A DNA stretch of 64,000 bases, from the UHGV virus genome UHGV-1440165, one strand, 5' to 3'. This DNA is from a virus. Below the pieces are notes generated by a model, which saw nothing but the letters and a program-made list of their open reading frames with translations, had not been told where the DNA came from and ran no database searches. Numbering within the stretch: position 1 is the stretch's first letter; each line of letters starts with the position of its first letter. Both the position numbers and the translations under genes were made by a program. Shown here one piece after another: positions 17,240-26,436 of the stretch.

Positions 17240-18090
17240 TTTACACGTCCTGTATTTTCAGTTTTGAAAGGAAGACCGTCGGCGGTGATGTTCTCCCACC
17301 AGACAGTGTCGGCATACACAGCATCGTAGATCCCGTCGAAAACAGAGAGACCTTTGCTGAAGATGCCATGGGTAACGAAGAGCGTCATGTGCTTAGGCTT
17401 GTGCTTCTGAAGCTCTTTACCCAGCTCAACAAACGTGCGCCCACCGTCGCAGATATCATCAACCACAACCAGATAGCGGTCTTTGATCAGTTCAGGGTTT
17501 GTAATACTCACCCCAATGATTTCACCAGTCTTGGTGTCACGGTTCTTGTGTCCGTAGACAACAGGAACGCCATCCAATGACAGGCTGAGGGTTTCGGTCT
17601 TCTTCGCCGCGCCGCCGTCAGGGGCTACCAGCACAGCATTGTTCCCACGGATGAACCAGCCCAGATACTGGCGCACGATGTGATCTTGTGGGACCACATG
17701 GACGTTGTTGATCAGGGAAGACACAACATGGCTGTGAGGGTCTTTGATCGCCACGCGGTCAAAGTTCATGTTGTTGATGAACTCAGCCGCCCACTTCACG
17801 GACAGAGGCTCGCCGAAGTCGCAATGGCGGTCCTGGCGAGCATACGGGAAGTAAGGGATATACGCATGGAAGGTAGTCAGACGGTCCACGTTACCCAGGC
17901 CGCGCACGGCGTTTACCAGAAGCGCCAGCTCAATGAAGTCGGCTGATGATTTGATGTGAGCATCAATCACCACGTTCTGGACGTGACCGACAGGGATGCC
18001 AGCCTTTTGGATCTTGATATGTTCCTCACCACCTGGGAAGGTGAAGTGCTTGTAGAACACATCTTGGTCGTTCAATTTCAAACGAAACAT
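17236..18090 (-). CDS. Ribose-phosphate pyrophosphokinase-family protein (Prs-like)
   Basis: 284 aa; type I phosphoribosyltransferase/PRPP-binding motif VVVDDICDGGRT; ATG start with GAGG RBS. Confidence 0.75.
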   Translation of the reverse strand: MFRLKLNDQDVFYKHFTFPGGEEHIKIQKAGIPVGHVQNVVIDAHIKSSADFIELALLVNAVRGLGNVDRLTTFHAYIPYFPYARQDRHCDFGEPLSVKWAAEFINNMNFDRVAIKDPHSHVVSSLINNVHVVPQDHIVRQYLGWFIRGNNAVLVAPDGGAAKKTETLSLSLDGVPVVYGHKNRDTKTGEIIGVSITNPELIKDRYLVVVDDICDGGRTFVELGKELQKHKPKHMTLFVTHGIFSKGLSVFDGIYDAVYADTVWWENITADGLPFKTENTGRVK

Positions 18091-18200
18091 AATGTAGCCT
18101 CATGGTGTATTGTACAGCCGTATTATACTGTGATGCACAAATTGAAACGCCCAGCAAATATACCGGGCGTTATTGTTATTGAAGGAGTTTGCTGATTCAG

Positions 18201-18995
18201 TTATTTGTAGGAATCGACGATGGCCTTGAACAGCGCGTCCTTCTGATCAGTTGGGATATAATTCGCCGGAGCCAGCAAGAGTCGCCTTATGTGTTCACAG
18301 CAGTCTTTCTGTTCTTCAGCGCTCATCTTATCCCAGGTGACAGCATTGAAGTAGATCCCGCCCTTGTAAGCCGCCATGCACGTCTTGGCCAGGCGAACAA
18401 CGAGTTCGGAATACAGCTCATCGGGATGCATGTATGAACGCAAATATGCTTCCACTCCAGCTTGGGCTGTGCTGTTGTGTAGATCGTTGTATCGTTCATT
18501 GTCGGTGCGAACCAAGCCAGCAACGAACCCTCGACTCGGATCTCGTGGATGTCGGAACACGAAAGACTGGCCGTGGCCTTGTAGGAATTCCGCCCCAGCC
18601 ATCTGATTTATCGTCCCTCTTTCGGAGACATACTGGAAGATGTCTATCTTCGCATCGGCGGTAGCCACCTCCAGCATCTGCTTCTCTACGACGGCGCGGT
18701 AGGCTTCCAGTTCCCACAGCTGGGAAAAGGTCTTGTCATAGGCCAGCTTCTTACCCAACTCTTCATCAAAGTTGGCGGGGTCGATAGAGGTGGAGCTATT
18801 CTTACCCCAAACGACAAAGCCGTTGTCCATCTTGAAGTGGCAGGTTATAACGCGATGGCCGCCGACTTCACGGTCTTCATAGATGACTTCGGCAATGTGG
18901 GACTTCAGAAGATCTGGGGACAGCCTCAGACCTTCTCGAACAGATTTACCCTTCAGTTCCACACCTTTGGGTTCATTACGATTGATGGTTGCCAT
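18201..18995 (-). CDS. Hypothetical protein
   Basis: 264 aa ORF, ATG start; no recognisable motif. Confidence 0.5.
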   Translation of the reverse strand: MATINRNEPKGVELKGKSVREGLRLSPDLLKSHIAEVIYEDREVGGHRVITCHFKMDNGFVVWGKNSSTSIDPANFDEELGKKLAYDKTFSQLWELEAYRAVVEKQMLEVATADAKIDIFQYVSERGTINQMAGAEFLQGHGQSFVFRHPRDPSRGFVAGLVRTDNERYNDLHNSTAQAGVEAYLRSYMHPDELYSELVVRLAKTCMAAYKGGIYFNAVTWDKMSAEEQKDCCEHIRRLLLAPANYIPTDQKDALFKAIVDSYK

Positions 18996-19001
18996 AATAG
19001 T

Positions 19002-19026
19002 TTCCTCAGATAAAAGAAACCCCGCA
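19002..19026 (-). terminator. Intrinsic terminator
   Basis: CCCCGC-ACAAG-GCGGGG hairpin followed on the minus strand by TTTCTTTTA; downstream of the 19060..19431 gene. Confidence 0.6.
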
Positions 19027-19059
19027 CAAGGCGGGGTTACTCAGGCCGGAGCCGACAGA

Positions 19060-19431
19060 TTATTTCAGCAGCGCTTCCAGTTCTTCAACAGATTTGCCTT
19101 CCAACTCCTGCTGTTTCTTACGCTGGATCAGCTCCAGGATAACCTGGTTGTTCGCCTTACGCTCTGCCGCGTCTTTGCTGTCATCACGCTCTTTCAGCTT
19201 GACGCCGATGATGTGCTTGACAACGTCGAAGCGCAGCTGCAGTTCGGAGTCAACGTTGCTTTTGGTGCCGATGAAATCTTCTTCATCGGTTTCCGCTGCC
19301 TTCACCTGACGGCTCAGGCTTTTCGCCATTTCGTTCAGGGCAGTCAGGCTCAGGTCCCAAACCTGCTCAACAGACAGCAGACCTTTGTTAGACTCGAAGC
19401 GCAGTTTCAGACGGGTTACTTTATCAAACAT
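19060..19431 (-). CDS. Hypothetical charged/coiled-coil protein
   Basis: 123 aa, ATG start, E/K-rich C-terminal half. Confidence 0.45.
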   Translation of the reverse strand: MFDKVTRLKLRFESNKGLLSVEQVWDLSLTALNEMAKSLSRQVKAAETDEEDFIGTKSNVDSELQLRFDVVKHIIGVKLKERDDSKDAAERKANNQVILELIQRKKQQELEGKSVEELEALLK

Positions 19432-19477
19432 TTTACTATCCTCAATGATGAATGGGTTACAGTTTCAAATCAGGGTT

Positions 19478-21496
19478 TTAGAACACAACTTTCACAGTAC
19501 GGTTGAACGAGCCGCTCACCTTCACGAACACGTGGTTGCGTTGGGTGGTAGAGAAGCCCAGTCCGGACAGCTGCTCAGTGCTTGGCTGTACCTTAATCTT
19601 ACTACCTAACATTTCAAAAACCTTACGGTGTTTATCCAGTTCCGGCTTCAGATATTCGTTGTAGAAGCCACGGGTGCCGACCGGGTTGGCACAACCTTCC
19701 AGGATGAAGAACACGTGCTTGTTGCCCGTCTGCTCGCCGTCCCAATGGTTTGGTGAGTTCAGAACCAGTTGCACCTTCTGGAAGACTGAGGTCTTGATAC
19801 CCCAGATTTCCTGGGAGCGAGCGTCGTCTTTCAGGGTCGAACTGATGCCTGTCAATTGTCCAGCGCGGACGTGGAGCACAACAGCCAGGGTGCGGTCTTT
19901 ATGCTTCAGACCGGGATGTGAGAAGCGCTTGGTCTGCCCTTTGTATTCGACTTCAATTTCAAAGCCCATATCGCAGGTTTCACGCTGGCTGAAGTTGGTG
20001 ACATAGAACTCATAGTCGCCATCGCGCAGCTTGCGCTCATCGCTGAAGAAGATGTTCTCGACCGGGCGACGATTTGGATCAATACCGTCCATGCCGTTCA
20101 TGTCGATGTCCAGGGTTGCGCCAGTTGCTGAACGACGGTTGTGGTAATACACATGGTTGTGCAGCGGATCGTTCATGCTCAGGTCCAGGTCATCGTTGTT
20201 GTGCCAAGCCAGGGACACCCGGAGGAAGCTGTCAACGTTGCCACCAGCGGTCTTCACGCGCTCTTTGATGGAGTCAGCCACTTCACCGTTGTATGACCAG
20301 CTGAAGCCGTTGTTCCACTTGAACAGGTTAGGAGCGCCAGCGGTAGCCGGAGCAATCAGAGACATCAGGTTGCCAGTGTGGGAGTTCTCAACCAGCACTT
20401 CCAGGGAATGCGCCTTTGGCAGCACGTTCGTCAGGAAGTCATCGATAGTGATCTCTTCAACCTTATCCAGGGACTTGGTTGGAGTCTTCACTTCAGACGC
20501 CAGCTGAGCAAACGGGTCCATCTTCTTCTGAGCCGCCAGGTCGGCGAACAGAACGTTGTTGATGGTCAGATCGTCATACACGGCATAACGGCGACCCAGT
20601 GAATCGGTCAGACCCAGCGCTTCAACTTCTTTCTGCGCGTTTTCGATCATCGACTTGGTCACCAGCGCAGTTGGGCGCTTGTAGTTCGTCGGAGCTACTT
20701 TGGCTTCGAAAGACTTGACGGCGGTTTCCAGGTCGCGGCCTTCGTTGAGGTCTACCAACAGAGAGCCAATCACGGTATTACGAATGCCGTGAGGGGTATG
20801 ACCGTTCGCACGATAGCCAGTGCGCCAAGCCCACAGAGCGCGTTTCTCTTCTGCAGTCTGTTCGTACAGGGTCTTGTTCACCACGAACGCCTGCACTGCC
20901 GCCTTGTGCTCTTCACCGCGATACAGAGAATTCTGATCAATCAGTTCCAGGACGATTTCGGCCGATTCCAGAGACAGCTCACGCAGACCGCGCTCAAACA
21001 CTTCGATCGCCTGGCGGATTTCACCCTTCTTAGAAGCGATGCCATCAGCGCGCAGAACATAGCTGCCCAGCAGATCGGCATGGAAGTGGTTATAAGTGCG
21101 CACGTTGCCGTCTTTCATTTCGTGATTCGACTCAACGCCGACTTTCTTGGTGTCGTTGAAGTATACGTCGACGATTGCGTGCTGTTTAACATACGCCGAC
21201 AGCGCCGCCGCAACAACATCGTATTCGTTACCCAGCTGAATGCCGTCCCAGATAGTAATCATTTCGTAATCAGGGGTGATGGTGACCACGCCGCCGATGT
21301 TACGGATGAATTGTTTGCAGCAGGTGCAGTCGTGCTCGGTGCGCTCACGGTAAAGCGGGTTAGTGCCCGCAGGGAAAGAAGACAGATACAGATCCCACAG
21401 AGCATCTTTATCGGTGTTGGTCATGAACAGACCAGTTGCTGACATGGCCAGCACGTTGTTGTTTACGGCTACTGCGAAGGGCTTGAATTGTGACAT
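19478..21496 (-). CDS. Large hypothetical protein (672 aa)
   Basis: ATG start; long ORF with protein-like composition; contains HDCTCC and MKDGNVR segments but no confidently recognisable domain. Confidence 0.55.
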   Translation of the reverse strand: MSQFKPFAVAVNNNVLAMSATGLFMTNTDKDALWDLYLSSFPAGTNPLYRERTEHDCTCCKQFIRNIGGVVTITPDYEMITIWDGIQLGNEYDVVAAALSAYVKQHAIVDVYFNDTKKVGVESNHEMKDGNVRTYNHFHADLLGSYVLRADGIASKKGEIRQAIEVFERGLRELSLESAEIVLELIDQNSLYRGEEHKAAVQAFVVNKTLYEQTAEEKRALWAWRTGYRANGHTPHGIRNTVIGSLLVDLNEGRDLETAVKSFEAKVAPTNYKRPTALVTKSMIENAQKEVEALGLTDSLGRRYAVYDDLTINNVLFADLAAQKKMDPFAQLASEVKTPTKSLDKVEEITIDDFLTNVLPKAHSLEVLVENSHTGNLMSLIAPATAGAPNLFKWNNGFSWSYNGEVADSIKERVKTAGGNVDSFLRVSLAWHNNDDLDLSMNDPLHNHVYYHNRRSATGATLDIDMNGMDGIDPNRRPVENIFFSDERKLRDGDYEFYVTNFSQRETCDMGFEIEVEYKGQTKRFSHPGLKHKDRTLAVVLHVRAGQLTGISSTLKDDARSQEIWGIKTSVFQKVQLVLNSPNHWDGEQTGNKHVFFILEGCANPVGTRGFYNEYLKPELDKHRKVFEMLGSKIKVQPSTEQLSGLGFSTTQRNHVFVKVSGSFNRTVKVVF

Positions 21497-21611
21497 GATG
21501 TAGTCTTCCTGTTTCAGTTCAAATGTGCGCCCCGTTTGCCAGGGCGCTTCGTTTAAGTGAGGTCAATAATACGTTGAAAAGAGTTATTGAAGAATGAAGT
21601 AAAGGGAATCT

Positions 21612-22865
21612 TTATTCAGGTTTCTTCAAACGATCAAGGAGATTGACAGAGCTGCGACCGAGCACAACTTCATCACAGCGCTTCTTGTAAGCACCACTTC
21701 CGTCATAACCGACCTTACCCCGAGGCTTATCTCCCCGTTGAACGGCTTCTACGCAGCGGGTGTACTTGCTCAGTTCACAGAACATGTTCTCCAGCTGCAT
21801 GACGTTCATACACTGATCTTCCGGGGCTTCAGCCGACCAGAACTGCTCCCGGACATAACCATAGTCCCCGTAAATCGAATCCTGGTGGTCACGCAGCCAG
21901 AAGATACATTCTTCATGCGTCATGCCGTCCTTGTTCAGGAACAACAGGTCGATCCCAGCGCGGCAACCCGGTCCAGCGATAGTGAAATGGTTCTCACTGA
22001 ACGGATACTCAGGAATGTACGTGAAGTCCACCCAGATCTGATAGGCCAGGAATGGACCCAAGCCTTCGATTTCGTCGTACATGGCCTGGTAGACTTCATC
22101 CGGAGATTCGCATTCCAGCAGCCGCTCGAAGTAATCAGGGTGCTTGTTGACGAATGCCCTCAGAGAACGGATGACGCGCATCGGCATGTACGGTTCCCAA
22201 CCCTCAATGGTGTAGAAGTCCGGCTCTGCTTCAGCAATTGCCTTCGCTTCTTTATAATCCATATTCTGGGTTGAACCGTCTTTGCAGATCAGATTCACCA
22301 TCATCCCACCGAAGCGCTGCTCCTTGTGGTTGACAACCAGCTCAGGGAAAGCCAGGCATTGCTTCAGGCCGCCCGTGTTGAAAGCATTGGTGAAGACTTT
22401 GCCGCCGTTGGCCTCGAACTTCTGTAAACGTTCGCGGGTCGCGTCAAGGTTGATCTTGGCGAAGTCGGAGATCGTCATCGCGCCGCCGATAGCCTGGATC
22501 GGATCCCAGAGGTTAAACATGCGGAACAACACGCAGTTGAACATCTTATCCGGCATAGACAGCGCATCGTTGTTAACGATGTTGTTGATTAGGTTGAGAG
22601 ACTGCCTGTCGTGCTCTCTCCGGACGTTGCAGAACTTGACCTGCCGTAGTATGGCATTATCCGTCCAAGGAGCAGGAAGACGCTGGACGTCCTTCTTAAC
22701 GTGGATCTTGTATCGCTCGCTCATCCATTCGTAAGAAAGACGACGATGAAACGGACTGAGCACGGGCTTGGCGGACTTGATTTTATCTTCGCGGACACCA
22801 CAATAAGGGATGTCACGGGCTTTATCTTTCATGGTATCCTCACAGAATACGAAAACAGAGGCCAT
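21612..22865 (-). CDS. Hypothetical protein (417 aa)
   Basis: ATG at 22865 (alternative ATG at 22832 with GAGGA RBS); no recognisable motif. Confidence 0.5.
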   Translation of the reverse strand: MASVFVFCEDTMKDKARDIPYCGVREDKIKSAKPVLSPFHRRLSYEWMSERYKIHVKKDVQRLPAPWTDNAILRQVKFCNVRREHDRQSLNLINNIVNNDALSMPDKMFNCVLFRMFNLWDPIQAIGGAMTISDFAKINLDATRERLQKFEANGGKVFTNAFNTGGLKQCLAFPELVVNHKEQRFGGMMVNLICKDGSTQNMDYKEAKAIAEAEPDFYTIEGWEPYMPMRVIRSLRAFVNKHPDYFERLLECESPDEVYQAMYDEIEGLGPFLAYQIWVDFTYIPEYPFSENHFTIAGPGCRAGIDLLFLNKDGMTHEECIFWLRDHQDSIYGDYGYVREQFWSAEAPEDQCMNVMQLENMFCELSKYTRCVEAVQRGDKPRGKVGYDGSGAYKKRCDEVVLGRSSVNLLDRLKKPE

Positions 22866-22901
22866 TATAAGCCTCTGCTGTTTAGTGAATAACTGGTTGT
22901 C

Positions 22902-23774
22902 TTAATCGATACGGGTCAGCTGGGTGATCGATGGAGTGATCGGAGTAGCGACGAACACGCGGACGTTAGCTTTCCATTTACCCCAGATCAGTGGCACGTC
23001 TGGCATGTTCTCTTTGTCAAACACAAACACCGGAACATAGCTTTCCATCGCTGTATCAGCATGCGCCTGGAAGCCAGGTTCCATGTACTGCATGATAGAA
23101 CGGACGAAGTCGAATGGGGCGAACCCGACACCAGCTTGTTCGTTGAAGCCGATCTGACCAGAATCGGCAGTGGCGGTCAGGATGATCTCAGTGATCTGAT
23201 GCTTAGGGGTAGCCGTCAGCATATCGGAGAAGTCAGGCTCTTTGAAGGTGGCCATGTTCTTCAGGAACTTCCCAGCCGGGTACTCTTTACCGTCGACGGT
23301 GATGGTGTCAACCACCTTGATGCAAGCCTGAGGGAATTCGCCTTCGATGCGCAGACTTTCACGTGGGAAGCCTTTATCGTAATAGTAGTCCAGCGCTGGC
23401 ACAACTTCATCCATGCTGCGGACGAACTTGCTCATGTTAGAGGCATACACGCGCTGTAAGCATTCATCGCCGTCGAAACCAGCAATGTGCGCCACGCCGT
23501 CGTTGACAGTTGTGATGTCGCCCTGGGCATCCATGATCTGGCGCATGATGTCTTTGGTGTCTACGATGGCAGGGGCGTCGCTCGGCTTAGGATTGACCGT
23601 CAGAGTCAAAGTCACATCGTGGTCAAAGAACGCCGCTTCCAGCAGTTCACGAGTTTCTTCCAGCACCAGTTTGGCCTGGTTGCGGATCTTTGCGAAGTTG
23701 GGCGACGTCACATCGCCCTTTGCATTACCGAAAGCCAGATTCAGTTTCACGTTCTTGTCAAATGTAGTTGTCAT
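22902..23774 (-). CDS. Hypothetical protein
   Basis: ATG at 23774 (MTTTFDKNV...) with GGAG RBS; track start 23861 is an upstream extension. Confidence 0.5.
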   Translation of the reverse strand: MTTTFDKNVKLNLAFGNAKGDVTSPNFAKIRNQAKLVLEETRELLEAAFFDHDVTLTLTVNPKPSDAPAIVDTKDIMRQIMDAQGDITTVNDGVAHIAGFDGDECLQRVYASNMSKFVRSMDEVVPALDYYYDKGFPRESLRIEGEFPQACIKVVDTITVDGKEYPAGKFLKNMATFKEPDFSDMLTATPKHQITEIILTATADSGQIGFNEQAGVGFAPFDFVRSIMQYMEPGFQAHADTAMESYVPVFVFDKENMPDVPLIWGKWKANVRVFVATPITPSITQLTRID

Positions 23775-23790
23775 AATATAGCGACTCCAG

Positions 23791-24255
23791 TTATTCGCTT
23801 TTGGCCTTCGTAGGCCGGATGATGTATTTTGGAACCAGCTTCCATTCAGGAACCTGATCATGTTTGACCACTTTGATGCGAGACATATCGGCGGCCTCAG
23901 TGATCTGCTCAGGGTTCAGAACCTTCAACATGTTCCACTGCTCCAGCAGCTTGATGATGCGGTTCATTCGCAGGATGTCCTCACGGTTGAAGCCGTTGTA
24001 GTGGCCATCCAGCATGAACAGATGCTTGAAGTGAACGATATAATACTTGCCATACTTATGAAGAATATGACAAGTCTGGTACAGAGTATTCGGCTCTTGG
24101 CGCGTGTTTACCCCAATTCGGCTCAGTGTTTCCTTGATCCCCAGGAAGATCCCTGGCCGATCTTGGTTCAATTGAACTTCAACCATACAATCAACGATGC
24201 TGGCCTCATCGTTGACGGCTGAAATGTTCAATATGTCTAGCGTATTGCGCGCCAT
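23791..24255 (-). CDS. regA: RegA-like translational repressor
   Basis: 154 aa; KETLSRIGV...LYQTCHILHKYGKYYIVHFK and EWKLVPKY match T4 RegA; sits next to the clamp-loader genes as in T4. Confidence 0.7.
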   Translation of the reverse strand: MARNTLDILNISAVNDEASIVDCMVEVQLNQDRPGIFLGIKETLSRIGVNTRQEPNTLYQTCHILHKYGKYYIVHFKHLFMLDGHYNGFNREDILRMNRIIKLLEQWNMLKVLNPEQITEAADMSRIKVVKHDQVPEWKLVPKYIIRPTKAKSE

Positions 24256-24284
24256 GACTTATTCCCCTTTTACAATAGTTTGAA

Positions 24285-24707
24285 CTACTTAGCCTTGCGC
24301 GGTTTCGCTTTGGCGTTCAACTCAGTACGTCCCATCTTCTCGCGTATCTCGGCCAGGACTTCCTGCGGCAAGAAACGGACGTACTCGGATGCCTTCTCCA
24401 TACTGATGTAGAAGTATTCGGACAGCATCTTCACATCAGGGTCTACAGCGCCCTTCTTAGACCATTTGTCATAACGTTTACGCGCCGGAATGGAATGAAA
24501 GGCGTATGACCATTGCATCCATGGAGTGATAGCATGCAGCTTATTCATCTGCTGTGCAAACACCAGAGTATCTTTGCTCTGGGCGAGACCACGCCGCGTC
24601 ATGAACGGGTCGAACCCCTTCTGCACTTCCGGATCATCGGTTTGCAGAAGGTTCTCTTTGCTGCTGTTCAGGGCAGACAGATAATCGAACAATCCAGGTG
24701 CGGCCAT
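24285..24707 (-). CDS. Clamp loader small subunit (gp62-like)
   Basis: 140 aa immediately downstream of the gp44-like gene; IPARKRYDKWSKK resembles T4 gp62 VPRGKRYGKWAKL. Confidence 0.55.
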   Translation of the reverse strand: MAAPGLFDYLSALNSSKENLLQTDDPEVQKGFDPFMTRRGLAQSKDTLVFAQQMNKLHAITPWMQWSYAFHSIPARKRYDKWSKKGAVDPDVKMLSEYFYISMEKASEYVRFLPQEVLAEIREKMGRTELNAKAKPRKAK

Positions 24708-24711
24708 AGTA

Positions 24712-25701
24712 TCACTTCCACTTGATGTTGAGCATGATGTTGGTCAGGAAGTACACGGCATGCAGCCATACGTCCCCAACCTGACGGTGCTCAATTTGAG
24801 ACTGACCGCAGACACAGACAAGGTCAGGGATAGACTCAGTCTGTACAGACATCGGCTTCTCTTTGTCCTGTGGTACACAGAACTGGAAGAAGCGGGAATA
24901 GAAGTCTTCGGTGATGTAGTTCTGATTGTCAGTCACCCACTGCTTCATGCCAGCCCAGTCATTGGCTTTCAGCATGCCGACCAGAGTGCCGAGGTCAGCC
25001 GCTTTCAACACAGCCAGGGCGCGTTCGTCAATCTTACCGAACGTGGTGACGTTGTCCTGCAGCGTACCCATGATGCGGCGGTTGTCGGGGAAATGGCGCT
25101 TAACGATAGCAGCCAGAACCTGTGGAACGAATTCAACGTTTTCGGCTCTGAGGATTTCAACGCAGCGCAGACAGAATTTACCCTGAACTTCCAGCGCTTC
25201 CTGCTCGTTCCAGATGAAGTCGATCTCACGGCAACGCGAGCGCAGAGGTTCGTTGACACGCTGCTTGGCGTTCGTGGTCAGGATAAAGGAGCAGTTCTTT
25301 GAGACCTTCTCTACGATACCCTTCAGGGATTCCTGCGCCGACATAGACAGGCGCTCAACTTCGTCGAGGATAACGACTTTGCGGCCGCCGAAGACGCTCA
25401 CGCCCGTAGAATACTGAATGACGCGATCACGGATAACATCGATGCTGTTGTCCAGGGATGCGTTGATAAACAGAGGTTGCTTACAACCGATCTCATTACA
25501 CACGGCCAGAGCAGTAGTGGTCTTGCCCGTACCCGGCTGAGGGGAGTAGAACAGCATGGACGGGATGTTGCCGCTGCCGCTGGTAATGTACCCATGGATT
25601 TTAGCGCGGACGTCCTGAGGGATGATGATCTCATCGAGGTTGTCAGGTCTGTACTTGTTCTCCCACGCATATTGGTCGGACACGATAGTGATATTGGACA
25701 T
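24712..25701 (-). CDS. Clamp loader large subunit (gp44-like, RFC-type AAA+ ATPase)
   Basis: Walker A PQPGTGKTT, Walker B VVILDEVE, SRC motif (RSRC); ATG overlaps the upstream stop (TAATG). Confidence 0.85.
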   Translation of the reverse strand: MSNITIVSDQYAWENKYRPDNLDEIIIPQDVRAKIHGYITSGSGNIPSMLFYSPQPGTGKTTTALAVCNEIGCKQPLFINASLDNSIDVIRDRVIQYSTGVSVFGGRKVVILDEVERLSMSAQESLKGIVEKVSKNCSFILTTNAKQRVNEPLRSRCREIDFIWNEQEALEVQGKFCLRCVEILRAENVEFVPQVLAAIVKRHFPDNRRIMGTLQDNVTTFGKIDERALAVLKAADLGTLVGMLKANDWAGMKQWVTDNQNYITEDFYSRFFQFCVPQDKEKPMSVQTESIPDLVCVCGQSQIEHRQVGDVWLHAVYFLTNIMLNIKWK

Positions 25702-26357
25702 TATGAATTCCCATGATATAGTTTACAGAATAGAACCCAAGCACTGTCATTATATGGGTTCCAACCTTCTTTGAATTTGTTTATCATACTCATTGCAGTG
25801 TTCTCTTTTATTGAGAACAAACGAGCAATTTTACGACAACCATCTCCGGTTTTCAACCAATGTAAGTAAACATCGCCCGATTTCAACCACATTGGTCTAG
25901 TGTTATGCAACAACGCAGCCCCTGTGTCCCAAGGGTTTATACCGAACACCGGATGAGAAGAACCTTTCCTACCGTTCATCGGATGTTCTTTCCCTTTCTT
26001 TCCTTTTAGCCAACCAGGCTTTCCCCTTCTGTGATGGTTTGGTCCTGCTGCTCTTCCGTTAGCCACAGAACACCCTTCCGGTTGAAACATCAAGTTTAAA
26101 CAGAGAGGATTTTGTGAATGTTCTGAAATGAGTTTCTGTTCTTTCCAATATGCATCTTCTGGAGAGTCGAACAATTCTACAAATATCACATCAAAGAAAT
26201 CAGAACCTTTCTTAGATATGATTTCCTTGACCGTTTGTGAAGAAGTGAAATACGAAGTGAACAATTGTAAAGGATGCGCACCCAATTTCGTTCTAGAACC
26301 AAAATAGAAAGAACCATCCTTTCCTAACAAATGATATACAAACGGTTGGTTCCTCAT
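25701..26357 (-). CDS. Putative GIY-YIG-type homing endonuclease (freestanding)
   Basis: VYHLLGKDGSFYFGS (GIY...YIG-like), downstream conserved E and N, basic C-terminal region; ATG at 26357 with AGAGG RBS; inserted between gp45 and gp44. Confidence 0.45.
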   Translation of the reverse strand: MRNQPFVYHLLGKDGSFYFGSRTKLGAHPLQLFTSYFTSSQTVKEIISKKGSDFFDVIFVELFDSPEDAYWKEQKLISEHSQNPLCLNLMFQPEGCSVANGRAAGPNHHRRGKPGWLKGKKGKEHPMNGRKGSSHPVFGINPWDTGAALLHNTRPMWLKSGDVYLHWLKTGDGCRKIARLFSIKENTAMSMINKFKEGWNPYNDSAWVLFCKLYHGNS

Positions 26358-26388
26358 TTCAGCCTCTTGTAGAAGAATCATTTCAAAT

Positions 26389-26407
26389 GGGCGGGAAAGC
26401 CCCGCCC
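26389..26407 (-). other. GC-rich hairpin (GGGCGGG-AAAG-CCCGCCC) of the recurring element
   Basis: Perfect 7-bp stem followed on the minus strand by ATTTGAAATG; a TATAAT hexamer lies just upstream. Confidence 0.45.
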
Positions 26408-26436
26408 ACACATTATAGCATCAGGCTGGAGATTGA

